25,358 nt of DNA from assembly GCF_006345805.1 (NCBI RefSeq), contig NW_021836215.1, positions 1 through 25,358 on the forward strand, read 5' to 3'. The notes beneath the pieces are model-generated. The model made no database searches, was not told the DNA's origin, and worked only from the letters and a program-made list of their open reading frames with translations. Positions 1 to 10,716 of the stretch are shown in pieces. The number at the start of each line of letters is the position of its first letter. Within the stretch, counting starts at the first letter, position 1. A program made the position numbers and the translations under genes. This stretch comes from Octopus sinensis (Eukaryota).

Positions 1-300
1 TCGCCGGTAACCCTTTCCATTAGTGAGCCAATCCGCAGGAGTAGGCTCCGAGTAGAAGCCCCCTTTATTCCTGACGTCTCAACAACCAGGGGGACAAACA
101 CTCTGCCATTCCCAATTCCAGCATATTATTCACCCTTTCTCTTCTCAGCCCGTTCAGACGGGGCTCTCGGATTTTCGATACTCAAATTGATATTCTGATT
201 GGAAAAGGAGTTCAACCACGTGACGTCCCAAATCAGACACTTTCCCCTCTGAAAAAAAGGTGGTCATCCCATGGGGTCTTGTGCCGTCCTCTACGAAAAT
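1..300 (-). mobile_element. CRE-like non-LTR retrotransposon 3' fragment (RLE domain), decayed, cut by window edge
   Basis: Manual minus-strand translation gives EDGTRPHGMT..(fs)..GKCLIWDVTW and FVPLVVETSGIKGASTRSLLLRIGSLMERVTG. These match the DGKRPDG / WD / AVETSG motifs of the RLE ORFs at 12995 and 14533. Frameshifts and stops are present. Confidence 0.7.
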
Positions 301-388
301 CATGGGGTATTAAAACTTCTTCGCCATTTTCAACTTCATATTTTCATTTTCTTTGCTTTTTAGTTTTTCTCTTAATTTTTGATTAAGC

Positions 389-2130
389 CAGGGGTGTCAA
401 ACTCATTTCGCTTTGAGGGCCGCATTTTGTAACAATTTTGCTTCGAGGGCCGCATTTATAATAATTTCTCATTAAGGGAAGATTTGTTCTGATATTTATT
501 ATGATGAATAACCAAAATAAGAGAAACTAAATTATTCAATTATCGCCCTTTAATTTTGGTGAGAGTTGCTTCCAGAGGATTGACAACTTTTTAAAGTTTT
601 TAAACTTTCCAGGAAGATATGAAAAGAAAGCAGGTATTCCAACCTCCAAATATTTAGCTTTAAGTATAGAATCTGATTGGATTTCCAATAGTTCCATTTG
701 TAAACTTTCATCTGCATTGGAAACATTAAAAAAGAATGGTGATGCGAATAATGAAAATTGTTGTTCAAAAGACGAAAAATCATTAAATCTTTCTTGAAAT
801 TTCTTTAACAACAATTCTAGTTGTCTTTCATACTGAGAAAAATTCATTACATTATGTGCATCAACAGTACTCCTGAGCTCTTTGCACGTAGGAAAATGAG
901 ATAAATCTTCATTTAATAGCTGAAACTTCCATAATTTTATTTTCAAAATAAAACACTTGATATGATCTGACAACTGAGTTATGAGCTTGTCTTTGCCCTG
1001 CAATTCTAAATTAAGGTCGTTCATATGTGTGGTAATATCCACTGCAAATGCCAAATCTTTGATCCAAGATTGACTTTTCATTTCGTCTGTGTTATGCCCT
1101 TTCATCTCCATAAATAAAATTATTTCCGATCTCAACAAATAAAATCTTTTAACAACTTTGTGAAGTGATAACCAGCGGACTGGAGTATAAAAAGGAATGT
1201 CGCTGAACTGATTATTAATATCTGTCAGCAATTTACTAAACTGCCGGTGGTTGAGAGGATGACCTCTAATATAGTTTACTGTTTTCGTGACCAAACTAAT
1301 GGTATTTTCCATTTTTAATATCTTTGAGCACAAATATTGCTGATGAATAATACAATGAAAATGAGCAAATGATGACCCGGGATTTACCTTTTCTATTTCA
1401 GCTCGCAATTTAGCGGCAATGCCAGCATGTCGTCCAACCATATTCGGAGCACCATCAGTGCATAAACATACAAGCTTCTCCAAATCAAACCCATATTCAA
1501 AGAAAATTTGTAGAAGTTTTATAAAGATATCTTTACTTATAGTAGTATCGTGCATTGGTACCAGTTCGAGAAATTTTTCATAAATATTAAAATCTGAATC
1601 ACAGGCTCTAAAAAAGATTGCTAATTGTGCAATTCCAACGACGTCGACTGTTTCATCGATTGCAATTGAAAAATATTCGAATTTTAACAAATCAGACTTT
1701 AATTGGTGTTTCAAATTCAATGCCATTTCATTAATGTGTTCGGCAACAGTATTTCTTGTTAATATCTTTAAACAAGTGGGCGTCGTCTGGACAAATAATA
1801 TTCGCTGTTTTTACAAGGCATTGGTTGATGAAATCACCATCACAATATGATTTTCCATTTACTGCAAGCATTCTGCTGATTTCATAGCTTGCAGTGACTA
1901 ATGCAGTACTTCGATTATGATTTTTTGTGAAATGAGTTTGTAACGCAGATAAATTTTTTCGCAATTCATTTAGCTTTGAAACACGAAATGTAAAAAAATA
2001 AAAAATAATTTTTTGCATTTTATAGCCATTAAATCAGACCGCACTTATGTTTGGTAAAGTACGCTGAGGGCCGCACCTATGTCTTTCGAGGGCCACATGC
2101 GGCCCGCGGGCCGCATGTTTGACACCCCTG
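389..2130 (-). mobile_element. hAT (Charlie/SPIN-like) DNA transposon, internally deleted
   Basis: Perfect 14-bp TIRs CAGGGGTGTCAAAC (389-402) / GTTTGACACCCCTG (2117-2130). Exact 8-bp TSD GATTAAGC (381-388, 2131-2138). Subterminal GGGCCGC motifs at both ends. Confidence 0.95.
536..2018 (-). pseudogene. hAT transposase (GTF2IRD2/SPIN-like), frameshifted near 1760, lacking the N-terminal zinc finger and most of the dimerisation domain
   Basis: ORFs 1731-2018 and 536-1726 join across a small deletion (KDI..TRNTVAEHINEMAL). Motifs SIAIDETVD, CTDGAPNMVG, HCIIHQ, VRWLS and LNLELQGK are typical of hAT transposases. Confidence 0.9.
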
Positions 2131-2138
2131 GATTAAGC

Positions 2139-2561
2139 TAATGGAAAATAACAAGGTCAGAAACAGACCGGCCAAGCTCAATCTGCGAGCACGACGGTGC
2201 AGGAGTTAGAGCCCAGCCGAACGGATTTCCTGCGCGTTTCAATTAGAAAATCCTCCGAGAAATAAAGATACCCAGGTTTTTCATGAAGCATAAGGTAAGA
2301 ACCGTAAGCGCCTGATGTCTTAAAAGCCAGAGGCACGAAGAAATGCCGAATGGCAAACTTTTTGTACTTTTCGGCTTTGCGGGCTTCCGGCAAAGCAGCG
2401 GCCGAACCGGAAAAAGATGCAGATGATAATAAAGCGGATGGGGACGACGTGTCTGCATACTTGGCATCCCAGATGAGGCAATTGCCATTCCGGAATGGGA
2501 AGGTAGTCATCTCATCCGGGCGTTTGCCGTCCCCTCTGTCCAATCCGGCGGATTTTTTCAC
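2139..2561 (-). mobile_element. CRE-like retrotransposon 3' fragment (RLE domain); its A-rich tail continues at about 300-388 on the other side of the hAT insertion
   Basis: ORF 2178-2561 contains GLDRGDGKRPDEMTTFPFRNGNCLIWDA..DT..AAALPEARKAEKY..FVPLAFKTSG. Confidence 0.85.
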
Positions 2562-2569
2562 TTGATTTT

Positions 2570-3095
2570 ACAATTCGTATTTTCTCTCGATACTCCTTCT
2601 CTACTATGTATTCTAATACAGTTTTCATCTTTACGGGGGGTTCCTACTTTTCTATTCCAGTGACCTGCAAGGAAAAAGAGAGTAGAGGCACGTATATCGT
2701 CTACAGCCACGGCGAGATTTGAGTAGAAATTTTCAACTTCTTCTGGACATTTTATTGATATATAGCCATTGTCGGTGCAAATACGTTGACAATTGTCATA
2801 AGTTTTTTTCCCAGCATTAGTTGTAAGATTGACATCCTGTCATTAATTCTCCAGCATTTGTGAGTTGAGTTTGCATAGCGTTTATTGATTGCAAATTTAT
2901 GTCCATAGTGTCTACATTCGAGTTTTAGTAGGATAATCTTATATGATCTAATAATCTCATCGAAATCATTGTTCAGCTTAGTTTCTTGAAGACAAGCTAC
3001 TGAAACTCCATAATGAATTAAGTCCTCAGTCAATTGTGTTCTTCGTAGTGGAGAGGAAATTCTTCTGACATTGAAAGTCATAAGTACGAGCTCTG
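2570..3095 (-). mobile_element. LINE (RTE-like) apurinic endonuclease domain fragment
   Basis: ORF 2752-3156 has MTFNVR, VACLQETKL and VNVFAPT. Manual translation continues with EVENFYSNL..AGHWNRKVG (GDFNAKVG-like) down to about 2570. Confidence 0.8.
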
Positions 3096-3535
3096 CAGGC
3101 TGGTGGAAAAAAACCGGTTTTGCAGTTACTAAGTTTTTTTGGCAGATAGCATTCAATTTTCCAACTGAATTGAACTCTTTGGAGTTTATTAGATTTATAA
3201 TTTTTTTTGTTTATAAAAAATTTCATTAATCGTTTAAAATTTTGAAGATTTAAATTTTTGCGTGTGAATAAAAAACCGGTTTGATTTATTGAATGATATT
3301 TTATTTGTTGAATTTTAAGTTTTATAAGCAAATGTTAAATGCAATAATTAAAGAAAAGATCCTTGCTCTTTTTGAGTTAAATTGGACGATAAAAGATATC
3401 GCAAAACATCTAAATACTTTAAAATCGACAATCAGAGATTTTTTTCGAAAATTCAAAAAATATGGAACTGCTGACAGGATTTCTGATTCCGGACGTCATA
3501 AAAAGCTTCAGAAAACAGACATTGAAATCCTATTA

Positions 3536-4762
3536 CAGTATAACCTCCATTTGGGGCAGACCTCTGGCTTGGGGAACCTCTATTTTTGGGAAACCTCTAT
3601 TTTTGGGGTAGTTTGAAAAGGATATAATTTTTATGCGGTAATTTCCAATTTAGAAATTACCGGAACCTCTAAGTGGGGCACAGGATTTTTAATTTATATA
3701 CATATTTGCTATTAAAATTAAAATTAATTATATAAAATTTCATTTGGAAGCCTCGTGTAATTTTTGTATTCTTGTTGTTATGGCTCGTAAGCTTAGTCTT
3801 GAGTTAAAGATCAAAATTGCCAAGGAATTAAGTGAAAATAAACATCTTACTGAACGAGATATTGTAGATAAGTACAAAATTAGTAAAGGTTTTTTATTAA
3901 TGTAAGTTTGTTACTTGATAACGAGAAAAATTGTTTTGTTACTTGATAACGCAAGCTGTCACAAATATATTCATCTTTCCAACATTGAATTGTTTTTTCT
4001 CCCAAAAAATACAACCTCATTAATTCAACCGTTAGACATGGGTATTATTAAATCTTTCAAGTCCAATTATCTTAACGCTTTATTGGATTTTACTCTTTAT
4101 TTTGAGGACGTTGAGTTACAAATTGTTAATTTAAAAAAAATAAATCTTCGTCATGTCATAATAATTGTTGGAAAAACATGGCAAAATTTAAATCCTGAAA
4201 CAATAACGAATTGTTGGGAAACAATTAATAACTGTCGGCAACAGATTCCTAGTTCAAATTTTTTAGTTAACAGTGAGAAAGAAAATTTGGACACGATAAT
4301 TGCAGACGTAATTGCTGAAAATGAAGAAGAAAATAATGATGAGTCAATATATGACCAAACTGAATGCAACTGTTCACACTTGGACACGATAACAGCAATG
4401 AATAACCTTGAAGAGAATATTCACCGTTTGTTTCCCGATGCGTTAAAAGACTATTACAATTTCAGAAAAATATTGGCATACATATGAAGAAATCTGCAAC
4501 AGGAAACAAAATAACAGATTATTTTCGTGTAATAGAATAAAAATTTTTTTCTACTTGAAAAATACTCTAATTATCAATAAAATTAGTGGAAAACATGTTT
4601 AAATGTTCTTAAAAATACTTTATTTATTTATAAATTAATGAAAATATGCTAAAACTATTAAAATTTTTATAAAAATAAAGAAAATTTCAGACCTCCATTT
4701 TGGGGAACCTCTATTTTTGGGGCAATTTTTCAAAATTGATGCCCCAAATGGAGGTTATACTG
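3536..4762 (+). mobile_element. pogo/Tigger-like DNA transposon, internally deleted, nested in the Tc1 transposase
   Basis: Perfect 23-bp TIRs CAGTATAACCTCCATTTGGGGCA (3536-3558) / 4740-4762. TA TSD at 3534-35 and 4763-64. The Tc1 reading frame resumes across the removed element (ILL-HLIECDP). Confidence 0.95.
3780..4487 (+). pseudogene. pogo/Tigger (CENP-B-like, DDE_1) transposase remnant
   Basis: ATG at 3780 gives MARKLSLELKIKIAKEL..KYKISKG (N-terminal HTH). This is fused through a deletion to RKIVLLLDNASCH..LFFLPKNTTSLIQPLDMGIIKSFK..TWQNLNPETITNCW. Confidence 0.85.
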
Positions 4763-5783
4763 TACATCTTATTGAGTGCGATCCAAAAAATCTTTTAGCA
4801 CGTTGAGAAATGAAATAAAACATTTAACTGGTAAGAGTGTCTGTAGAAAGACAATTGGAACTTATTTAAATTCAAATTTTCTCTTCGGAAGAGTATGTAA
4901 ACGTAAACCGTTGCTTTCGAAGAAAAACATAATAAAAAGATGTGAATTGTCAAAAATTTTTATTCGGATGAACAATGACGCATGGAAAACTATTATTTTC
5001 TTCGATTAAGCATCTTTTCAGATTTTTCATACTAAAAAAAGGCATTCTGTTATCGAAAAAAATTTTCATGTTATGAATTGAGCCATACAACACCGACAGT
5101 AAAAATTGGTGAAGGTAGTGTTATGGTTTGTGGCTGTATCTTCTATCAAGGAGTTAGCAATTTAGTTTGTGTTAATGGAGCACTCAATTCCGCTAAATAT
5201 ATAAATGTAATAACGAATAATTTGTTTGTTTCGGCGCGAAAAATGGGACTAAATCAGTTCACTTTCCAACAAGAGTTGGCTTTCTGTCATCAATCTGCGT
5301 TGCCAACCAAGTTTTTTGAAGAAAATAAAGTTCCAGTTCTTGATTGGGCTCCGCAATCTCTAGACATGAACCCAATGGAACATGTTTGAAGCATGATGAA
5401 GCAAAATTATTCATTAGATCTTGCAAAAAATAAACTTGATCTCGAAGTCAAATTAATGAAAATTTGGAACGAATTGCCATCTGAAAATATTTGGAAATTA
5501 ATTGATGGTATGCCTAAAAGGTCATACGAGCTATTTATTAATCGAGGATACCACACAACATACTAACTGTTGATTTTGTTAACTCTTTTTGTTAAAACCG
5601 GTTTTTTATTCACATGCTAAAATTTAAATCTTCAAAATTTTAAACGATTAATGAAATTTTTTATAAACAAAAAAATTATAAATCTAATAAACTCTAAAGA
5701 GTTCAATTCAGTTGGAAAATTGAATGCTATCTGCCAAAAAAACTTAGTAACTCCAAAACCGGTTTTTTTCCACCAGCACTGTA

Positions 5784-8395
5784 TGTGCAAAAGAGGGAAG
5801 TCACCAACTCAACTAAAATCAGGATGACTATGGAAGGAGGATGTTTGATAAAAAGAGATGGCCGACAAAATTGCTACATACTTCGAGTCCCTTTTCAGAA
5901 ATAACGATGAACACATATCTCAGTTTGCTGGAGATCCTAGAAGTTTAACTGTTTCATTACTATCACTGAGATGCAAACTGCTCTGCGGAAATTGAACAAT
6001 GGTAGTAGTTCTGGCATTGATGGTATTAATGAAGAACTTTTAAAATACTGACCAAACTCACTCGCTCATCAGTTATGCGACATACTAAACGGCATATTTA
6101 CGACACATACCGACGTTCCAGTTGGACAAGGAGTCCTAGTTCCTGTACAAAAACCAGGGAAGCCGGTTGGACCGGTAGAAAATCTCCGACCTATAATTCT
6201 CTTAACATCTCTACGAAAACTACTGTCGTTGATTGTCCTTTATTGAATATCCCCTATCGTGAACAAATTCTTGTATGTGACAAAGTGGATTCAGAAGAGA
6301 GAGGTCTGCGGCGGATATTGTATGGACACAAAGATGGATGTGTGCCACGACACAGAGGTTCAGAAAGGCGGTTCACGTACTAGGAATAGATCTATCAGGG
6401 CGTTTGACACTCTTCGCAGGGAAAGCTTATTCAGCTATTGGAAACATTCTTGGATGAGGAAAGTTTGAGAATGATTCGTTTCCTAGTTGCGAATACTGAT
6501 CTGGAGGTGTGGGTTGGCTCGGAGCACTCTTGTAAATTTAAAACACACATTGACACTCCAAAAGGTGACTTCTTATCTCCGATCTTATTCGTCATTTATC
6601 TGGGAGCTGCTCTTCATGATCTGAGAACTAAAATTGGCCCAACCACCATCATGGAATTAATATATGCGGACGACATTAATTTTATTTAGAAGAAATGAAT
6701 GATATCAGAATTGCAATTGACTACGCTCCTGAAGTATTTAGAAAGTGGTTTTTGAGAAATGAACGAACAAAAGACTGATTTCATTACAGTCAAACGAGAA
6801 AGTAAAGTTACTGACGAGATATGGAAGAGATCAAGAAAAGTCGGGTCACTGCTTGGTGACTAAAAAGATGTCAATCGAAGAAAGATACTGTCAACATTAG
6901 CACTGAAGAGGCTTAAATCGACAAGCTATACGCATCTCTCAAATCCTGTAAAAGTACGTTTGTACAATGCTTTCATCCTGCCCATTTTACTATACAACTC
7001 AAAAACATGGGGACTGAATCAGAACTGTATATAAAATCTCAATGCTTTTCAGAGAAAACAACTCAGGCCATTGTTGAAAATACACTATCCAATTAAGATC
7101 AAGAACCAAGACTTATACTCCGTTTTCAAAACAGAACAATTAGAAGCAACTATCACTAAGAGTCAATGAGGACTCTTTGGCCACATACTACGGATGGATT
7201 CCTCAGTTCCTTCCAATGACATCATGGAAACATACTTTCAATGCTCTGGGATTTCTCGAGTAGGCCACGGACAACACTACCACTAATCTTAAATAACGAC
7301 CTTAAGCATGTCGGATTGCTACTAGAAAATACAGACGATCTAGACCAGTGGTTCTCAAGAATTTTGAGCCAGGGGCCGCAAAAATCAAATTTTTTATTTA
7401 TAGGGGCCGCACATTTTTGGTCAACTTAATGAAGATAAAATATTTGTTATTTCAGGTTGAACTGAAGAAAATACATATGATTTTTGGGTACTTGTAGATT
7501 ATCAAAAAAATTTCCCAAAATTCAGTTAGAGCATTATTTCGTGCAGCATGAAATCTACAAGTACCGATTTTTGTTTTACTGTGTACATGCAATTTAGAGT
7601 TGCGTCTTATCGCCGCACATTTGTTATATCAATGAATGAAAGAATTTATAAACTACTTTGTCATATTTTCAAAATCTGGTACGATATTAGATGTCGAAAT
7701 CCGCAACATCTGATCTAGATGGATATCTGTTAGTTCATTGCGGTATTATTTCCTAATTTCAGTATCGTTACTTAGAGGCAACTTGTGTGCAATATCGAAA
7801 AAAGCGGGCGAACAACATTCCGATGCAAATATTTTGATTGCCGTTTTATATAATTCGCCATCAGAATAAGGCTTCATATTTTCAGCCAATAGGTAACTAA
7901 TTTTGTATGATGCCAGGTTAATATTAGACGAATATGTCCCACTTTTGAAAGTGGATGATCGCTTTAAATAATCTTCTTTCATTTGTTTTAGTTTTTCCGT
8001 CCGAGAAACACCAGTGAATTTGTCATAAAGAATAGAGTGGGAGCGGTAGTGCCGTTCGATTGTATACGTTTTTAAAGTTACAATAATAGAATTGCATATT
8101 AGACAAAAGCCTTTCCATTGACCTCAATAATGAAATATTTTTTTTCCCAGATGAATTTAAAAATCCCATTTTCCTTGGAAATTTTTCGAAAACGTTTAGA
8201 ATTCGACATCACAACAACAAATAAAAAAACGTGACAAAAAATAAAATATTTATAGAAACATAAGCCCCTCAATTAAATCCTAGGGGTCGCACTTGAGAAC
8301 TACTGATCTAAGACAGTCTACGAAAAATCGCAATCTCAAGAAGAGCATGAAGGTGTCTAACAGACAAAATCTTATGGGATGTGACACAGGCGACG
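5784..8395 (+). mobile_element. RTE-like LINE, RT and C-terminal region, decayed, split by hAT at 7346-8305
   Basis: Mosaic frames give KLNNGSSSGIDGINEELLK, NLRPIILL, GIDLS.AFDT, TPKGDFLSPILFVIYL, LIYADD and LYNAFILPILLYNSKTWGL. The frame resumes after the hAT as DLDSLRKIAISRRA*RCL. Confidence 0.85.
7346..8305 (-). mobile_element. Non-autonomous hAT element with transposase 5' remnant
   Basis: TIRs CAGTGGTTCTCAA (7346-58) / TTGAGAACTACTG (8293-8305), 12/13 match. TSD ATCTAGAC (7338-45) vs ATCTA(A)GAC (8306-14). Minus ATG at 8209 gives MSNSKRFRKISKENGIFKFIWE..KAFCLIC..ERHY (zinc finger), then ASYKISYLLAENMKPYSDGE..LPLSNDT (ORF 7746-7982). Confidence 0.9.
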
Positions 8396-9070
8396 AGAAG
8401 ATTGTAACTTTCCTCCTTGTTGTTGCGGATGTGCAATTAATAATAATTTTCTCCCGATCATTACTTGGTAGTTATCTAATTTCTTTTGGTTATCTTTATT
8501 GATTTTCAAACGAGGTCGTTGAGAAAATTTGTATAGAAAGTTTTTAGAAAATTTTTTTGAATTCAGAATAATTTATAAAAAGTCAGAATCATGTGGATTA
8601 ACATAGCACGGTCTGGAATCCAAATTAGTAAATTAATTAAAGTAAAGAAATATCTTATCCAGATAATATTGATTCAAGCTTCCTCCTCTTTGTTTCTCAT
8701 TTGCCTCCTTCTGTCAGACTCATGGGTCGGGATACCGCGTCCGTATGCTCGACAGGTTCCACTGATGCTTTGTGTTGGCTACTTTTTTTATTCAGTCCCT
8801 CATTGATTGTTCCAACATTCATTACTGGCTGAGACAAAGGATCTTGTTCACTGATTTTTTAAAGACTTTAAAAAATAGTGGCAAGTCTCAGAATCCGTAA
8901 ATTTCCACTAAAATTAGAAAATTTCCTTAAAAATTGGCAAATTTAAGAATTGGAAAGAGTTTACTGGTATATAATTGACTAAAATGAGTACTGTTTTAGA
9001 TTATATTGTATACAATTATATTGCTATTTATTAAAATAGCACAAATAAAATATATTTAATTAATTACTCA

Positions 9071-10268
9071 ATGCTTAATTTACTCTTCTGTCAATTAATA
9101 GTCCTATTAAAATTTTCAATAGCTAGCGAATCCTCTGATCATTCTAAAAATAATTTTTTCGTAATTAATACGTGGGATTTTCCAGTAGCAAACGAAGAAG
9201 GTATTATTTAAATAATTAAAGACAGCTTATTTTATTCTAAAAAACGGGGGGACAGCACTCGATGCAGTAGAACAGGCATGTATTCAGTGTGAAGAAATGA
9301 AATGTGACCTCTCGGTCGGAATGGGTGGACAGTGTGACGAATCGGGAGAGTCGACATTGGATGCCATGATAATGGACGGGTAATCTATACCTTAATAGTA
9401 TTCTAGAAATACTCACAATGTAGGAGCTGTTGGTGGAATAAAAAGAATTAAAAAATCTATTTCTGTCGCTCGATTTGTTCTTGAGCGAACTACTCATTCA
9501 CTTTTGGTTGGAGAATCTGGTTGTTATCTTTTTAAATTTAATCAGCAACGTCATTTGCGATTTCGATGGGGTTTCAACCACAAGATCTACACACTAATAA
9601 TGTTCCATTTACATACATAAAAAATGGGAAGAAAATAATTGTCAACCGAATGCTTGGAAAGTTCAATTTTATAAAAATTATTTCCACAGAATGTGCATCC
9701 TGATCCATCCAAATCATGTGGGCCATATAGAAAGGCTGATAGGCTATCACATGATCATAAAAGCGAAAATATAGACTGGAAGATCTCTGGACATGATACA
9801 ATCAGCATAGTGGCCATGGATAAGAATAAGCAAATATTTGGAGCTACGTCGACAAATGGATTTAATCATAAAATTCCGGGGTTGAAAGGAATTTTTTTAT
9901 TGCATAGACGAGTTGGAGATTCACCTTTGCCTGGCTGTGGAGTATACGTAGACAACGAAATCGGGGGAGCAGGTGCAACAGGAGATGGGGACATTATGAT
10001 GCGATTTTCGCCGAGTTTTCTTGTGGTCGAATTAATGGCTACTGGAAACACGCCTAAAGATGCCTGTGAAATAGCCATTAAGAGAATTGCTAGATATTAT
10101 CCAAGTTTTAATGGTGCCCTCTATGCAGTAACAAATGCTGGTGTTCATGGTTTATATATTTTTATTTTAAAGTAAATAGGTGCTGCCTGTAGTGGATTTG
10201 ATGGAAAATTTACATATTGGTTTAGTGACAAGAATTCTAAGGAAAAATATGAAGTTAAATGCATTTAG
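9071..10268 (+). CDS. AGA: N(4)-(beta-N-acetylglucosaminyl)-L-asparaginase (aspartylglucosaminidase); 7 exons; one unexplained frameshift in exon 4
   Basis: Exons 9071-9200, 9226-9379, 9407-9519, 9546-9660, 9690-9880, 9908-10149, 10180-10268. Introns are GT-AG, 25/27/26/29/27/30 nt. The spliced protein has a signal-peptide-like start ([18 protein letters not shown]), then [44 protein letters not shown], the GHD-T autocleavage site (Thr codon 9798-9800), [28 protein letters not shown] and a terminal KCI*. Exon 4 is 115 nt where 113 or 116 is needed. Confidence 0.93.
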
Positions 10269-10716
10269 TTTATTTTGTTCTTGGAAATTTAACTTTTTGG
10301 AATGTTTCTTTTTGTTTTCTACGTATTTCATGTTCTAAGAATGCTTTCAGTTTTTGAAAAGGCTCTAATTGTGTCGAAAAGCTAAAATAGAACACTATTT
10401 AGAAGTGAGTGTAAATAAAATGTTTCTTTGGCTATTTTGCATTAATTATATAGAGGCTTCTGTCTGATTGGGAACATGATACGCATGCGCACTGGTCAGA
10501 ACATCGACTTTTCAATAAAGAGTTTTTTCCCCTAGGTCAGAAGGAAGGCTCTGAAAATAAAGGCTAACACTTGTGCGTAGAATTTAGGTCAAATATCATA
10601 GCTTCAATCACGATGTCTTTGAAAGTTTCTTTTCTCTCCTTCTGTGATCTATTTAAAAAATTATTTATGAATAACAAAATCGATTAGAAAAAAAGACATA
10701 CTTTTAATAAACAAGT

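Larger units (their letters stand above)
3332..5566 (+). pseudogene. Tc1 DD34E-type transposase, interrupted at 3534-4764, with frameshifts and stops
   Basis: N-terminal HTH MLNAIIKEKI..SGRHKKL. After the insertion: RKPLLSKKN, WKTIIFFD, TVKIGEGSVMVCGC, FQQELAFCH, WAPQSLDMNPMEHV, IWNELP..LIDGMPKR, TAA at 5564-66. Confidence 0.9.
3096..5781 (+). mobile_element. Tc1-like DNA transposon with ~187-bp TIRs (IR-DR type), carrying a nested pogo element
   Basis: 3096-3282 is the near-perfect reverse complement of 5595-5781. The right end is ..CCACCAGCACTG followed by TA (5782-83). The left end is decayed (TG CAG-GCTGGTGG). Confidence 0.95.

Noticed and set aside
2178-3156. A single element carrying both APE and RLE endonucleases (same strand, adjacent)
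   Set aside because: There is no RT between them, and both are truncated at the junction (about 2565). Juxtaposition of an RTE fragment and a CRE fragment is simpler.
8590-8760. Faint resemblance of minus-strand peptides to the APC2 C-terminus
   Set aside because: Only a few residues match, the frames cannot be joined, and upstream sequence does not fit.
9602-9631. A 30-nt GT..AG intron as an explanation for the AGA frameshift
   Set aside because: Its length is a multiple of 3, so the frame is not restored. A longer 9602-9689 intron would delete the conserved NCQPN segment.
10483-10492. CGCATGCGCA (NRF1-like palindrome) downstream of AGA
   Set aside because: A single short motif with no associated gene start.
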